From the NCBI GenBank assembly GCA_021780675.1, contig JAJXYH010000034.1, positions 19,889 to 83,888 on the forward strand: DNA of 64,000 nt, read 5' to 3'. The translations under genes and the position numbers were made by a program. Numbering within the stretch: the first letter of the stretch is position 1; every line of letters starts with the position of its first letter. Below the pieces are notes generated by a model. It was given only the letters and a program-made list of their open reading frames with translations. It did not search any database and had not been told where the DNA came from. Below are positions 10,146 through 19,663 of the stretch, one piece after another. This DNA is from a bacterium. GTDB taxonomy: Bacteria > Patescibacteriota > Microgenomatia > Levybacterales > UBA12049.

Positions 10146-10259
10146 ATGAAAGTTCAAGCAAGTGTTAAACCAAGATGTGCAAAATGTAAAATTATTAAAA
10201 GGCGAGGCGTGCTTTATGTAACTTGCGATAATCCAAGGCATAAGCAGAGGCAAGGTTAA
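10146..10259 (+). CDS. rpmJ: 50S ribosomal protein L36
   Basis: 37-aa [40 protein letters not shown], absent from the ORF track because of its size. Canonical L36 with a C-C-C-H zinc motif. Confidence 0.9.
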   Translation: MKVQASVKPRCAKCKIIKRRGVLYVTCDNPRHKQRQG

Positions 10260-10274
10260 AATCGGAGATTTTAT

Positions 10275-10667
10275 ATGAGAATTTCAGGAATTAATTTACC
10301 GGATGAAAAAAGAGTTGATATAGGCTTAACCTATCTTTATGGTGTGGGAAGAAATAATGTGTATGATGTTTTGAAAAAAGCCGGAGTGGACGCATCTAAA
10401 AGAATTAAGTCTTTAACAGAAGAAGAGCAAAGGAATATCCAAAAAGTCTTAGAAACATATAAGCTTGAAGGAGACCTTAGGGTAGAAATTCAAGGAAACA
10501 TTAAAAGACTTAGAGAAATTGGAAGCTACCGTGGTATAAGACATGCAAGAAATCTACCGACCAGAGGACAAAGGACAAAGTCTAATGCAAGGACAAAAAG
10601 AGGTAAAAGAGTTACAATAGGGGCAATTAAAAAAGAAGTAGCGGCAAAAATGGGCATAACAGCATAA
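10275..10667 (+). CDS. rpsM: 30S ribosomal protein S13
   Basis: MRISGINLPDEKRVDIGLTYLYGVG canonical S13. Confidence 0.95.
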   Translation: MRISGINLPDEKRVDIGLTYLYGVGRNNVYDVLKKAGVDASKRIKSLTEEEQRNIQKVLETYKLEGDLRVEIQGNIKRLREIGSYRGIRHARNLPTRGQRTKSNARTKRGKRVTIGAIKKEVAAKMGITA

Positions 10668-10677
10668 ATTAATTAAT

Positions 10678-11076
10678 ATGGCAAAAAAACAAGAAATAAA
10701 AACAAAAGCAAAAAAGTCTAACCTTAAAATTACGGAAAAAGGTAGAGTATATGTATCGGCAACCTTTAATAATACTTTGGTAACATTTACCAACGAAAAT
10801 GGCGATACTGTTGCCTGGAGCTCGGCCGGCGCAGCGGGATTTAAAGGAGCAAGAAAATCTACACCGTTTGCAGCAACTACAGCTGTTGAAAAAGCGGCAG
10901 CAAAAGTAATAGAAAAAGGAATAAAAGTAGTAGATGTTTATATCAAAGGTCCCGGATCCGGAAGAGACGCAGCATTAAGAGCAATTAAATCTGCAGGACT
11001 TTCAATATCTTTAATAGCAGACCTTACGCCAATTCCCCATAACGGACCAAGAGCCGAGAAAAGGAGAAGAATTTAA
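10678..11076 (+). CDS. rpsK: 30S ribosomal protein S11
   Basis: 132 aa; S11-like core sequence (VTFTNENGDTVAWSSAG). Confidence 0.95.
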   Translation: MAKKQEIKTKAKKSNLKITEKGRVYVSATFNNTLVTFTNENGDTVAWSSAGAAGFKGARKSTPFAATTAVEKAAAKVIEKGIKVVDVYIKGPGSGRDAALRAIKSAGLSISLIADLTPIPHNGPRAEKRRRI

Positions 11077-11678
11077 TGGCACGATATACAGGTCCAAAAC
11101 ACAGATTAGTTAGGAAAGAAGGTATTAATTTATTAGATAAGCAATCACAAACTCTTTTAAGAAGACTTAATGTTCCTCCAGGAGTTCACGGTAAAAAAAG
11201 AAAAAGAAGATTATCGGAATTCGGATTACAGCTTAGAGAAAAACAAAAAGCAAAGACAACTTACGGGTTATTGGAAAAACAATTTAAAAAACTTGTTCAA
11301 ACAGTACAGGGCAAAAAAGGCGATACAAAAGAATTAATCATTTCCATGCTTGAGAGAAGATTAGATAATATAGTTTACAGATTGGGTTTTGCTAAAACCA
11401 GATATATGTCAAGGCAAATGGTTTCTCATGGACATATTTTAGTAAACGGAAAAAAACTTTCAATTCCATCATACGAAGTTAAAATAGACGACGTTATTAG
11501 TCTTTCGCCCAAGTTTCAGGCCAACCCACAAGTACTAGAGCTTGCCAAAGAAGAATATGAAACCTTATCGTTTTTACAAAGAAAAGCATTTTCAGGGAAA
11601 CTAATTAGAACGCCAAAACTTGATGATATGCAAGTTCCATTTGATTTGCAATTGATTATTGAATATTATTCAAGATAA
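11076..11678 (+). CDS. rpsD: 30S ribosomal protein S4
   Basis: MARYTGPKHRL... and the S4 domain. Confidence 0.95.
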   Translation: MARYTGPKHRLVRKEGINLLDKQSQTLLRRLNVPPGVHGKKRKRRLSEFGLQLREKQKAKTTYGLLEKQFKKLVQTVQGKKGDTKELIISMLERRLDNIVYRLGFAKTRYMSRQMVSHGHILVNGKKLSIPSYEVKIDDVISLSPKFQANPQVLELAKEEYETLSFLQRKAFSGKLIRTPKLDDMQVPFDLQLIIEYYSR

Positions 11679-11695
11679 TGGTAGAATAGTAAGCT

Positions 11696-12619
11696 ATGGT
11701 TGAACCGACATTCAAAATTAAAGAAGAAAAGGTAACAGACGAATACGGAATGTTCGTAATTGAGCCGTTAGAACCGGGATTTGGCGCAACTTTAGGAAGC
11801 GCATTAAGAAGGGTTTTATTGGTTTCAATTCCCGGAGCAGCCGTTACCTCAGTTAAAATTAGTGGTGCAAAACACAAATTTGCAACAATCCCCGGACTTA
11901 AAGAAAATGTTGTTGATTTACTTTTAAACATAAAAGGACTTAATTTAAGATTATTAAATTCAAAAGCAGAAAGCACAATAAAGCTTTCCGTAAAAGGTCC
12001 TAAGGAAATTACAGCCGCAGATTTAGAACTCCCAGAGGATGTAGAAGTTGTTAATAAAGACCATTATTTGGGCTTTTTAAGCGATAAAAAAGCGAAATTA
12101 GATATGGAATTAACCGTAGAAAGAGGCTTGGGATATTCCTTAGCAGACGAAAGAAGAATTAATACTTTGGGAGTAATTTCAACAGATGCTGTATTCACAC
12201 CCATTAGAAGAGTAGTTCCTGAAGTTTCTTCAACCAGGGTTGGAAGACAGACAAATTTAGATAAACTTACACTTCAAATTTGGACAAACGGAGTAGTAAA
12301 ACCAAAAGATGCTTTAGATGAAGCAGCAAAGATCCTTTCTGCTTATTTTAAACAAATTTATCAACCTAAAGAGGAAGTTGTTGAAGAATCAACTGTAGCA
12401 CTTACGGGAATTGCAGAAGCAACACTTAGAATGACGGTGGATGAACTTGATTTACCAACAAGAATTTATAATACCTTAAGAAATGGTGGAATTGAAACAA
12501 TCGGCCAGCTTTTAGAAGTTCCAAGAAAAGAATTAATTTCAATGAGAAATATGGGCGGAAAATCACTCGAAATAATTGAAGATAAATTAAAAGAAAAGGG
12601 TATTAGTCTTCAGATTTAA
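11696..12619 (+). CDS. rpoA: DNA-directed RNA polymerase subunit alpha
   Basis: 307 aa with N-terminal dimerisation domain and alpha-CTD (LELSVRTYNTL-like IYNTLRNGGIETIGQL). Confidence 0.9.
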   Translation: MVEPTFKIKEEKVTDEYGMFVIEPLEPGFGATLGSALRRVLLVSIPGAAVTSVKISGAKHKFATIPGLKENVVDLLLNIKGLNLRLLNSKAESTIKLSVKGPKEITAADLELPEDVEVVNKDHYLGFLSDKKAKLDMELTVERGLGYSLADERRINTLGVISTDAVFTPIRRVVPEVSSTRVGRQTNLDKLTLQIWTNGVVKPKDALDEAAKILSAYFKQIYQPKEEVVEESTVALTGIAEATLRMTVDELDLPTRIYNTLRNGGIETIGQLLEVPRKELISMRNMGGKSLEIIEDKLKEKGISLQI

Positions 12620-12715
12620 AATTGTATTTGATCTCAAAATCTTAGATCTCAAATAAAGAACACTTATAAAGATAGTTTTGAGATTTAAGATTTTTTTAGT
12701 TTTGAAGCAAAATAT

Positions 12716-13219
12716 ATGAAAAAAAATGTTTTTGGAAGAAAATTTAAAAGAACAAAAAATGAAAGAACGGCGCTTTTTAAAAGCCTGATGTCCTCTTTGG
12801 TTTTAAATGAGAGTATTAAAACAACCGAGGCAAAGGCAAAGGCAATAAAACCGGAAATTGAAAAGTTAGTTACCAAAGCAAAAACTTACGAAAAAGGAGC
12901 AAAAGGAGTTTTACACAAAAGTTTATCTAAAGAAGCTTTTGATAAAATAGTTAAAGAGATTGGGCCAAGGTTTGCAAAAAGAAGCGGTGGATACACCAGA
13001 ATTATTAAACTCGGAGAAAAATTTGGAGACAATTCTCCGCTAGTTTTAATTGAGTGGGTAGAAAAAGCGGACAAAGCTTCTTTAGAAGCTGCAGTAATTT
13101 TAAAGAAGGAAAAGGTAGTAAAGGATAAAAAACCGGCTAAAAATGAACCAAAAAAGGTGGAAAAAAAGCCGGTTAAAAAGACTACTGCTAAGAAAAAAGA
13201 AACAAAAAAAACTAAATAG
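12716..13219 (+). CDS. rplQ: 50S ribosomal protein L17 with lysine-rich C-terminal extension
   Basis: L17 core (GPRFAKRSGGYTRIIKLG) plus a K-rich tail of about 45 aa. Confidence 0.9.
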   Translation: MKKNVFGRKFKRTKNERTALFKSLMSSLVLNESIKTTEAKAKAIKPEIEKLVTKAKTYEKGAKGVLHKSLSKEAFDKIVKEIGPRFAKRSGGYTRIIKLGEKFGDNSPLVLIEWVEKADKASLEAAVILKKEKVVKDKKPAKNEPKKVEKKPVKKTTAKKKETKKTK

Positions 13220-13221
13220 AT

Positions 13222-13656
13222 ATGAATACGACAAAATCAACAAAAATTAGCGAAATAAAAAGAGATTGGCATCTAATTGATGTTGAAGGGCAAATTTTAG
13301 GGAGAAGCGCATCAAATATTGCACAACTTTTAATGGGCAAGAATAAGCCTAATTTTGTTAAAAACTTAGACATGGGTGATTATGTAGTTGTATTAAATGC
13401 AAAATCGGTAAAAGTTACCGGCAAAAAAGAAACAGATAAGAAATATTACAGACATTCAGGTTTTCCGGGTGGTTTTAGAGTAGAAACTTTACAAGAATTA
13501 AGAAATAAAAGACCAACAGAAATAGTAAGACGTGCTGTATCAGGTATGCTTCCGCAAAATAAATTAAAAGCATCCATGCTTAAAAGGCTTTTCATTTTTG
13601 AAGATAAAGAGCATAATTATAAAGATAAATTTATGGTAAAAGGAGATAGTAAATAA
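13222..13656 (+). CDS. rplM: 50S ribosomal protein L13
   Basis: 144 aa; WHLIDVEGQILGRSAS typical L13. Confidence 0.9.
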   Translation: MNTTKSTKISEIKRDWHLIDVEGQILGRSASNIAQLLMGKNKPNFVKNLDMGDYVVVLNAKSVKVTGKKETDKKYYRHSGFPGGFRVETLQELRNKRPTEIVRRAVSGMLPQNKLKASMLKRLFIFEDKEHNYKDKFMVKGDSK

Positions 13657-13658
13657 AT

Positions 13659-14093
13659 ATGGCAAATAATTTTATTTCTAGTAAAGGCAAAAGAAAAGAA
13701 GCGGTTGCCAGGGTAAGACTTTATCGGGATCTTAAAGAAATTCTGATGATGGGGGAAAAGACCGTTAAAAAGGGTGAGATATTTGTAAATGGTGATTTAA
13801 TCGAAAACTATTTTAGAGGTATCGTTTCTAAAGCGCATTATGAAGAACCCTTTAAAATTACCAATACTCAAGGAAAATATACAGTTACTGCTGTTGTTGA
13901 AGGCGGAGGAAACAAAAGTCAGTTAGATGCATTTATTCACGGTGTTTCAAGAGCCTTGGCAAGCATTGATGATAAAAGTAAATCAATCTTAAAGAAAAAA
14001 GGCTTTTTAACAAGAGATTCAAGGATTAGACAGAGAAGAAAAGTCGGAATGGGTGGAAAATCAAGAAGAAAGAAACAAAGTCCGAAGAGGTAA
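13659..14093 (+). CDS. rpsI: 30S ribosomal protein S9
   Basis: GKRKEAVARVRL... and a C-terminal RRKKQSPKR-type tail. Confidence 0.9.
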   Translation: MANNFISSKGKRKEAVARVRLYRDLKEILMMGEKTVKKGEIFVNGDLIENYFRGIVSKAHYEEPFKITNTQGKYTVTAVVEGGGNKSQLDAFIHGVSRALASIDDKSKSILKKKGFLTRDSRIRQRRKVGMGGKSRRKKQSPKR

Positions 14094-14121
14094 TTTTAAG
14101 AATTTTATCAATTTTTATAAA

Positions 14122-14664
14122 TTAGAGGTACTTCTTTTTAATAGCCACTTTTACCCACGGAGCGAGATTTTCATAGATTATCCCTTTTTTATTTATTAAA
14201 TCTTCCTTTTTAACTAAAGAAAAACCGTAGGCGAAATCAAGGTTTGGCATGGTTAATTTTTTTAATTTTATTACTACAACATCATTCATTTCGTGTTCTG
14301 TATAAATGCTTTTTTTATCCTTTGCTTTGTAATAAATAGTTCCTAGAATTTTAGGTTTTCCTAAAAAATCTTTAGGTGTTAAGTTCCACTCTCTTTTTAA
14401 GCAACTTAAAGTTGCTTCAATTGTTGGTTGCAGTTTATCATTTACAAATAATTGATGAGATGAAGAAGTTAAGTCGTAAAGACCATCAAAAGCGGGATGT
14501 TTTCGGTGCTGCAAAATATATTGTCCGTTATAAATTAAGGTTACAGTTAGAGCTTTATGTAAAATTCCTTTTCGGTGAGCTTCCCACTTTTCAACCCTAC
14601 CGATAATTTTCCCTTTTCGGTTAACTTTGGCAATTATTTGTTGTTGCTTATAATAATTATTCAT
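14122..14664 (-). CDS. type-1 isopentenyl-diphosphate isomerase-like protein (Nudix fold), catalytic Cys position = Ser
   Basis: It aligns with the E. coli Idi metal ligands H25, H32, H69, E114, E116 and with W161. The motif SVCGHP is replaced by TSSSHQ. Confidence 0.55.
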   Translation of the reverse strand: MNNYYKQQQIIAKVNRKGKIIGRVEKWEAHRKGILHKALTVTLIYNGQYILQHRKHPAFDGLYDLTSSSHQLFVNDKLQPTIEATLSCLKREWNLTPKDFLGKPKILGTIYYKAKDKKSIYTEHEMNDVVVIKLKKLTMPNLDFAYGFSLVKKEDLINKKGIIYENLAPWVKVAIKKKYL

Positions 14665-14734
14665 TGGTTTGCCTTTTAATGCTGAAACTATTATAATGCA
14701 TAGGCTTATAATAATCTACTACCGGTAGATTATT

Positions 14735-15514
14735 TTGTTTATGAAAAGCATTATTTTTATTAAGCTTGGTGGATCCGTTATTACAGATAAAAAAATTCCC
14801 TATAAAGCCGATACTGAGAACATCAGACGGTTTGCCAAAGAGCTTAAGGCTTATAAAGGCGGTATGGTTTTGGCACACGGAAGCGGAAGTTTTGCTCACG
14901 TTTCAGCTAGTAAATATGGTGGTAAAAAAGGGTACAAGAGCTTAAAAGGTATTGCAAAAGTTGCAAGAGATGCAATGGATATTAACAGAATAGTTATGGA
15001 TATTTTGGTGGAAGAAGGATTACCGGTTATTTCCTTTAGGGCAAACAGCTTGATGATCGCTTTAAATGGTAAACTGAATAAAGATTTATTTGATGCAGCA
15101 GAACTTGCTTTAAGTCAAGGTTTAATCCCGGTTTTTTATGGAGACGTAATTTGGGATAAAAAATGGAACAGCACAATATTTTCGGGAGAAAAAATATTAG
15201 ATTATTTTTGTAAATATTTGCTTAAGAAAAAATATAAAATTGAAAAGATAATACAAGCGTCCAATACCAACGGGATTTATGACAACAATGGGAATACGAT
15301 CCCAATAATAACAAAACAAAATTTTGTAAAAATTAAAAAATATGTTTTTAATTCGGAAAATGTAGATGTTACGGGTGGGATGTTACATAAAGTAATAAAT
15401 GCTATGGGTGTTTTAGATTTTGGGATCAGTACTAATATAATAAACGGGAATGTGAAAGGTGAATTAAAAAAAGCAATAAATGGGAAAATAACAGGAGGGA
15501 CCTTAATTAAATGA
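14735..15514 (+). CDS. isopentenyl phosphate kinase (amino-acid-kinase family)
   Basis: IFIKLGGSVITDK and LAHGSGSFAHV match the archaeal IPK signature (IKIGGS, HGGGSFGH). GDVIWDK and DVTGGM motifs are also present. Confidence 0.75.
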   Translation: MFMKSIIFIKLGGSVITDKKIPYKADTENIRRFAKELKAYKGGMVLAHGSGSFAHVSASKYGGKKGYKSLKGIAKVARDAMDINRIVMDILVEEGLPVISFRANSLMIALNGKLNKDLFDAAELALSQGLIPVFYGDVIWDKKWNSTIFSGEKILDYFCKYLLKKKYKIEKIIQASNTNGIYDNNGNTIPIITKQNFVKIKKYVFNSENVDVTGGMLHKVINAMGVLDFGISTNIINGNVKGELKKAINGKITGGTLIK

Positions 15515-16206
15515 CACCGGAAATAGAAATTAATCCAGAGGCAAAAGAAACGGTTATATTTACAAGTAAAGAGACGAAAAATATTCAAAGTGCAGGAATT
15601 GCAGTACTAATACTTGGAATAGATCCATATAGAAACGGCGATAATAGTTCTGATCCATTATTATGGACAATTAAAGAGCTGAAAGAGAAGCCAAGCACAA
15701 TGAAAAAGGCGGGGGAGATTTCAATTCCTGCAGAGACAAGAAAAATCGGTGAAATAAGATCAGATAATATTTTAGGTGCATTAGCAGAATTTTGTGATGA
15801 TACGAACCTAAAATATATTAAAAAACATCTTTTTTTAAAACCGGGTTCTTTTGGAGAAAGAGTGATAAATGTAAGTGGTAATTTGGTGGATTTAACAGCA
15901 TTAATTTATGATGGCGATTTAAGCTTGCCTATTACTCCCGTTAACTTTTCCGAGGTTAGTCCAAACGGATGGTTAAAAGTCAGTCAGATAAGAAATTTTA
16001 ATGACATCAGACCCATTTTAAGCCAGGCACTGGAAAAGGATTTGGAAATTGGTTTAAGTAAGGACATATTTGATACATATTTAAATGGAAAAGATGAATT
16101 GGCACCTGTTTTTGAAGATGATTTTAGTTCAATAGCGGATTTTTACAGAAACAGAGAGACGTTATCGGATATTCCTTTATTAAGTAGAACTACTTCAGGT
16201 AATTAA
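15511..16206 (+). CDS. hypothetical protein, translationally coupled to IPK (ATGA overlap)
   Basis: 231-aa ORF with no recognisable family. Its start overlaps the IPK stop by 4 nt. Confidence 0.4.
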   Translation: MTPEIEINPEAKETVIFTSKETKNIQSAGIAVLILGIDPYRNGDNSSDPLLWTIKELKEKPSTMKKAGEISIPAETRKIGEIRSDNILGALAEFCDDTNLKYIKKHLFLKPGSFGERVINVSGNLVDLTALIYDGDLSLPITPVNFSEVSPNGWLKVSQIRNFNDIRPILSQALEKDLEIGLSKDIFDTYLNGKDELAPVFEDDFSSIADFYRNRETLSDIPLLSRTTSGN

Positions 16207-17267
16207 CTTTGCCGTTTTTCCAATTTGTTTACAAGTTCGATTATTTGTTTTTTATATTCGTTTCCGATATTTGTTTTTTCTACAATTTTTTTTGCCTTTT
16301 CTATATTTTCTTTTATAACTTTTTCTCCTGCACAGATTGCCCGGGATTTTATAAAAAGCGCTTTTATTTGTTTTCTTTTTGTGTCATTTAGTTTTTTACC
16401 AAAAACACTTATTAGTTCTTTTTTTTCTTCAGCCTTTCCGTATTCGAAAATATAATTTGTAAAAAATGTTGGTTCACTCTGAGAAACATCTTCTAAAATG
16501 TTTTTATGTAAAAGTTTTGGATCTCCCATAATATCCAGGTAATCATCCTGTATTTGGAAAGTCATGCCAATTATGGTGCCAAAATCCTTTGTAAACTTAT
16601 CAAAACCGTTGTTAAGGCTTGCTAGATATGCTCCCATTTGCATTGGTCTAATAAAACTATAATAAGCGGTTTTAAGTAGGGTTTTTTCATCAATTAATTT
16701 AAGGTCCGGTTCGTTTTGTGTTGTTAGATCTATATCAATCATTTGTCCTAAGATTACTTCGTCAAGTGTTTTATAAAAAATTTCTTTTACCTGTAGAAGA
16801 TTTTCAGAAGGAAAGTCTTTGTTTAAGTCAATTAACTTACAAGTCCAGGCGAAAAGTAGATCTCCAAGCAGGACAGCTTGAGAATCTGCGACGTGAGATA
16901 GGTCACCTTTTCTGCCCAATGTCTTTAATCTGTTATATACAAATTCATGAGCGGTAGTTGTATCATGTCTTAGTTTGGCTTTATCCATAAAATCATCATG
17001 AATAAGTAAAAACATATGAAAAACCTCCAAGCTTACAAAGAATTTAATCGCTTTTTCATCCTTTTCTCCACCGCTAGCTTTATACATGCAATATGCAATA
17101 TATGGTCTTACTCTTTTTCCTGCATGCATTACTAATTCTTTTCCATGCAGAGATAAATCTTTTACTAAGGGGCCGGAATAATTTTGTAAATATTCACCAA
17201 TTCTTTCATCCAGGAATTCTTCAAGCATTGGATCAAAAATATTTTTAAATTCTTTTAATGAGTACAT
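16203..17267 (-). CDS. trans-polyprenyl diphosphate synthase (FPP/GGPP synthase family)
   Basis: Two aspartate-rich motifs: LLIHDDFMD and FQIQDDYLDIMGD. 354 aa. Confidence 0.85.
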   Translation of the reverse strand: MYSLKEFKNIFDPMLEEFLDERIGEYLQNYSGPLVKDLSLHGKELVMHAGKRVRPYIAYCMYKASGGEKDEKAIKFFVSLEVFHMFLLIHDDFMDKAKLRHDTTTAHEFVYNRLKTLGRKGDLSHVADSQAVLLGDLLFAWTCKLIDLNKDFPSENLLQVKEIFYKTLDEVILGQMIDIDLTTQNEPDLKLIDEKTLLKTAYYSFIRPMQMGAYLASLNNGFDKFTKDFGTIIGMTFQIQDDYLDIMGDPKLLHKNILEDVSQSEPTFFTNYIFEYGKAEEKKELISVFGKKLNDTKRKQIKALFIKSRAICAGEKVIKENIEKAKKIVEKTNIGNEYKKQIIELVNKLEKRQS

Positions 17268-17327
17268 ATGTTTTATTTAGGCCTAATTATAACAAATCTA
17301 TAGCTTAAAAATGCTACAATAGTAGTC

Positions 17328-17861
17328 ATGGAAACAAATCTTGACGGAGTTTTTACAATTAATTTACCAACGTACGAAGATAATAGGGGATTTTTTAGAG
17401 AAGTTTTGAAATTTAGTGGTATAAATGAACAATTGGGAAAAAGTTTTATTCCAAAACAAATAAATCATGCAAGATCTGTTAAGAATACTTTAAGAGGAAT
17501 TCACGTTGCTCCATGGAATAAAATTATTTATGTTACAAAAGGAAAAGTTCAGGTGGTGCTTGTTGACTCTAGAAAAGATTCTAAAACTTTAGGGAAGCAC
17601 CAGTCTTTTATTTTAGGAGATGATAATAGAATCGCGGTTTTTGTTCCGGCTAATTTTGGAAATTCTTACCTTGTATTAAGTGAGACGGCAGATTATATGT
17701 ATGTTACGGATGAGGAATGGAGTCCGAATAAAGAACTTAATGTTTTTTGGAACGATAAAGATTTAAATATAAATTGGCAACTTAACGGGCAGCCTTTTCT
17801 TTCCGAGAGGGATAGTACAGCCTTTTCTTTTTCTTCGCTTTTCCCTGATTTTAAGAAATAG
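17328..17861 (+). CDS. dTDP-4-dehydrorhamnose 3,5-epimerase-like cupin
   Basis: EDNRGFFREV and RGIHVAP motifs (RmlC-like); 177 aa. Confidence 0.6.
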   Translation: METNLDGVFTINLPTYEDNRGFFREVLKFSGINEQLGKSFIPKQINHARSVKNTLRGIHVAPWNKIIYVTKGKVQVVLVDSRKDSKTLGKHQSFILGDDNRIAVFVPANFGNSYLVLSETADYMYVTDEEWSPNKELNVFWNDKDLNINWQLNGQPFLSERDSTAFSFSSLFPDFKK

Positions 17862-17909
17862 AATCCTTAATTTACAAAACTATTTTTAATGCTGTGATAT
17901 AATTTTGTT

Positions 17910-18296
17910 ATGGCAAAAAGAAGCGAAGAGGCGCAAAGAGAGCATGATTTAATTGTAAATAATTCTTTAAAATCATGGATTGATAGAGGCGATGTTAAAG
18001 CGTTTGCAAACCCCGGCGATGAGCACAATTTTTCGGTTGCAGGAATTTATTACCCGGATATTGTAGTTTTAGATCCCAATAATAATTTTTATCTGATAGA
18101 GGAGGTAGAAACAGAAGATACTGTAAACGAGCAGGAGCTTGAGGAGTGGAAGCAGTTTGCCGGTTTTGGTGTAACTTTAAATTTAATCGTCCCCGAAAAC
18201 AAAAGAGAAGATGCCCAAAACTTAGTTAAAGAAATTTCCAATATTAGAGTTCAGACCTACACACTTAAAGATGGAAAATTGGAATTTCAGGTTTAA
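17910..18296 (+). CDS. hypothetical acidic protein
   Basis: 128-aa ORF with no confident family assignment. Confidence 0.35.
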   Translation: MAKRSEEAQREHDLIVNNSLKSWIDRGDVKAFANPGDEHNFSVAGIYYPDIVVLDPNNNFYLIEEVETEDTVNEQELEEWKQFAGFGVTLNLIVPENKREDAQNLVKEISNIRVQTYTLKDGKLEFQV

Positions 18297-18304
18297 ATTT
18301 TAAG

Positions 18305-18375
18305 TCGGGGTGCCAGGAATTGAACCTGGCCCACACGCACCCCATGCGCGCATTCTACCGATAAACTACACCCCG
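18305..18375 (-). tRNA. tRNA-Pro (anticodon GGG)
   Basis: The reverse complement folds as a cloverleaf: acceptor CGGGGTG/CACCCCG, T-arm CCAGG-TTCAATT-CCTGG, anticodon stem CGCGC/GCGTG with loop ATGGGGT, discriminator A. CCA is not encoded. Confidence 0.8.
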
Positions 18376-18532
18376 CTTCTTCGTCGCATTGCGACTTGCT
18401 CCTTTGCTTTAAAATATTTAAAGCTGCGGATTAACGTCGAATGCTCCTTATTAAAAATCCTTCAGATTTTTAGAAATAATCTTAGATTTTGTATATTGAA
18501 TTATAGCAGAAAATTTGACACATTTTGACATA

Positions 18533-18561
18533 TTGCAAACGTTCTAGAAAATTACTAGAAT
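18533..18561 (+). promoter_or_regulatory. recA promoter with embedded inverted repeat
   Basis: TTGCAA (18533-18538), 17-nt spacer, TAGAAT (18556-18561). The inverted repeat TTCTAG-N7-CTAGAA (18542-18560) fills the spacer and the -10. Confidence 0.4.
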
Positions 18562-18568
18562 ACCTACT

Positions 18569-19657
18569 ATGGTGAAAGCGGTAGGAAAAACAGAAAAAAC
18601 TTCAAATTCCCCTTCGGAAGGAACACAAAAAATGGAAGCGGTAAAGCTTGCCATGGAGCAAATTGAAAAGCAATATGGAAGAGGTTCAATTATGCGATTT
18701 GGCGATATTGGAGAAAAGATGGATATCTCCGTTATCTCTACAGGTTGTCTTCCCTTAGATTTAGCACTCGGAGTAGGTGGAGTGCCAAGAGGAAGAATAA
18801 TCGAAATTTACGGACCTGAGGCTTCAGGCAAAACCACGGTCTGTTTATCAATAATTGCACAAGCTCAAAAACACGGAGGAATTGCAGCATTCATTGACGC
18901 CGAACATGCTCTGGATCCGCTTTGGGCAGAAGCAATTGGCGTAAAGCTGGATGATCTTTTAATTTCCCAACCGGACACCGGTGAGCAAGCGTTGGAGATC
19001 GCAGAAAGTTTAATTAGAAGTGGAGGAGTTGACGTTTTAGTAATTGATTCGGTTGCCGCACTTGTACCACGAGCGGAGATAGAAGGAGATATGGGAGATG
19101 CGGTTATGGGTTTGCAGGCAAGACTTATGTCGCAAGCACTACGAAAGTTAACAGCAGTTATTTCCAAATCAAAAACGGTTGTAATATTTACAAACCAATT
19201 AAGGCAAAAAATTGGAGTAATGTTTGGAAATCCGGAAACAACAACCGGAGGACTGGCGTTGAAGTTTTACTCGTCTGTAAGAATTGATATAAGGAAAATT
19301 GAAAGCCTTAAAGAGGGAGATAAGGTAATAGGTAGTAGGCACCGAGCGAAAATTGTTAAGAATAAAGTTTCCGCTCCTTTTAGGATTGCAGAGTTTGACG
19401 TGTTTGGTACAGGAATTTCAAGGGAAGGCGGAATAATGGATGTTGGAGTTGATATGGGAATTGTAAGTAAGTCCGGAGCATTTTTTAGATACGGTGAAAC
19501 AATGCTTGGACAGGGAAAACAAGCGGCAATGCTTTTCTTGAAAGAAAATAGCGATATATCCAAAAAAATTGTTGATGAAATTATGACTAAGTCTAAATCA
19601 CAACCTACAAAAGTAGAAGTTGGTGTAGAAGAAAACGAAGACGAAGCGGAAAGATAA
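18569..19657 (+). CDS. recA: recombinase RecA
   Basis: GPEASGKTT Walker A with L1/L2 loop regions; 362 aa. Confidence 0.95.
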   Translation: MVKAVGKTEKTSNSPSEGTQKMEAVKLAMEQIEKQYGRGSIMRFGDIGEKMDISVISTGCLPLDLALGVGGVPRGRIIEIYGPEASGKTTVCLSIIAQAQKHGGIAAFIDAEHALDPLWAEAIGVKLDDLLISQPDTGEQALEIAESLIRSGGVDVLVIDSVAALVPRAEIEGDMGDAVMGLQARLMSQALRKLTAVISKSKTVVIFTNQLRQKIGVMFGNPETTTGGLALKFYSSVRIDIRKIESLKEGDKVIGSRHRAKIVKNKVSAPFRIAEFDVFGTGISREGGIMDVGVDMGIVSKSGAFFRYGETMLGQGKQAAMLFLKENSDISKKIVDEIMTKSKSQPTKVEVGVEENEDEAER

Positions 19658-19663
19658 TCCTCC

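Noticed and set aside
15511-16206. Weak UDG-like motifs (ILGIDPYRNG resembling GQDPYH, and DIPLLS resembling HPSPLS) in the 231-aa protein coupled to the isopentenyl phosphate kinase.
   Set aside because: The motif spacing (about 183 aa) does not fit family-1 UDG (about 123 aa). The catalytic His is missing. The genomic context is isoprenoid, not repair. I treat it as chance similarity.
17910-18296. Possible PD-(D/E)XK nuclease fold (YPDIVVLD...YLIEEVE) in the 128-aa acidic protein beside tRNA-Pro.
   Set aside because: The Lys of the (D/E)xK motif is absent (ExE, then T). No other nuclease motifs are present. It is too short and divergent to call from sequence alone.
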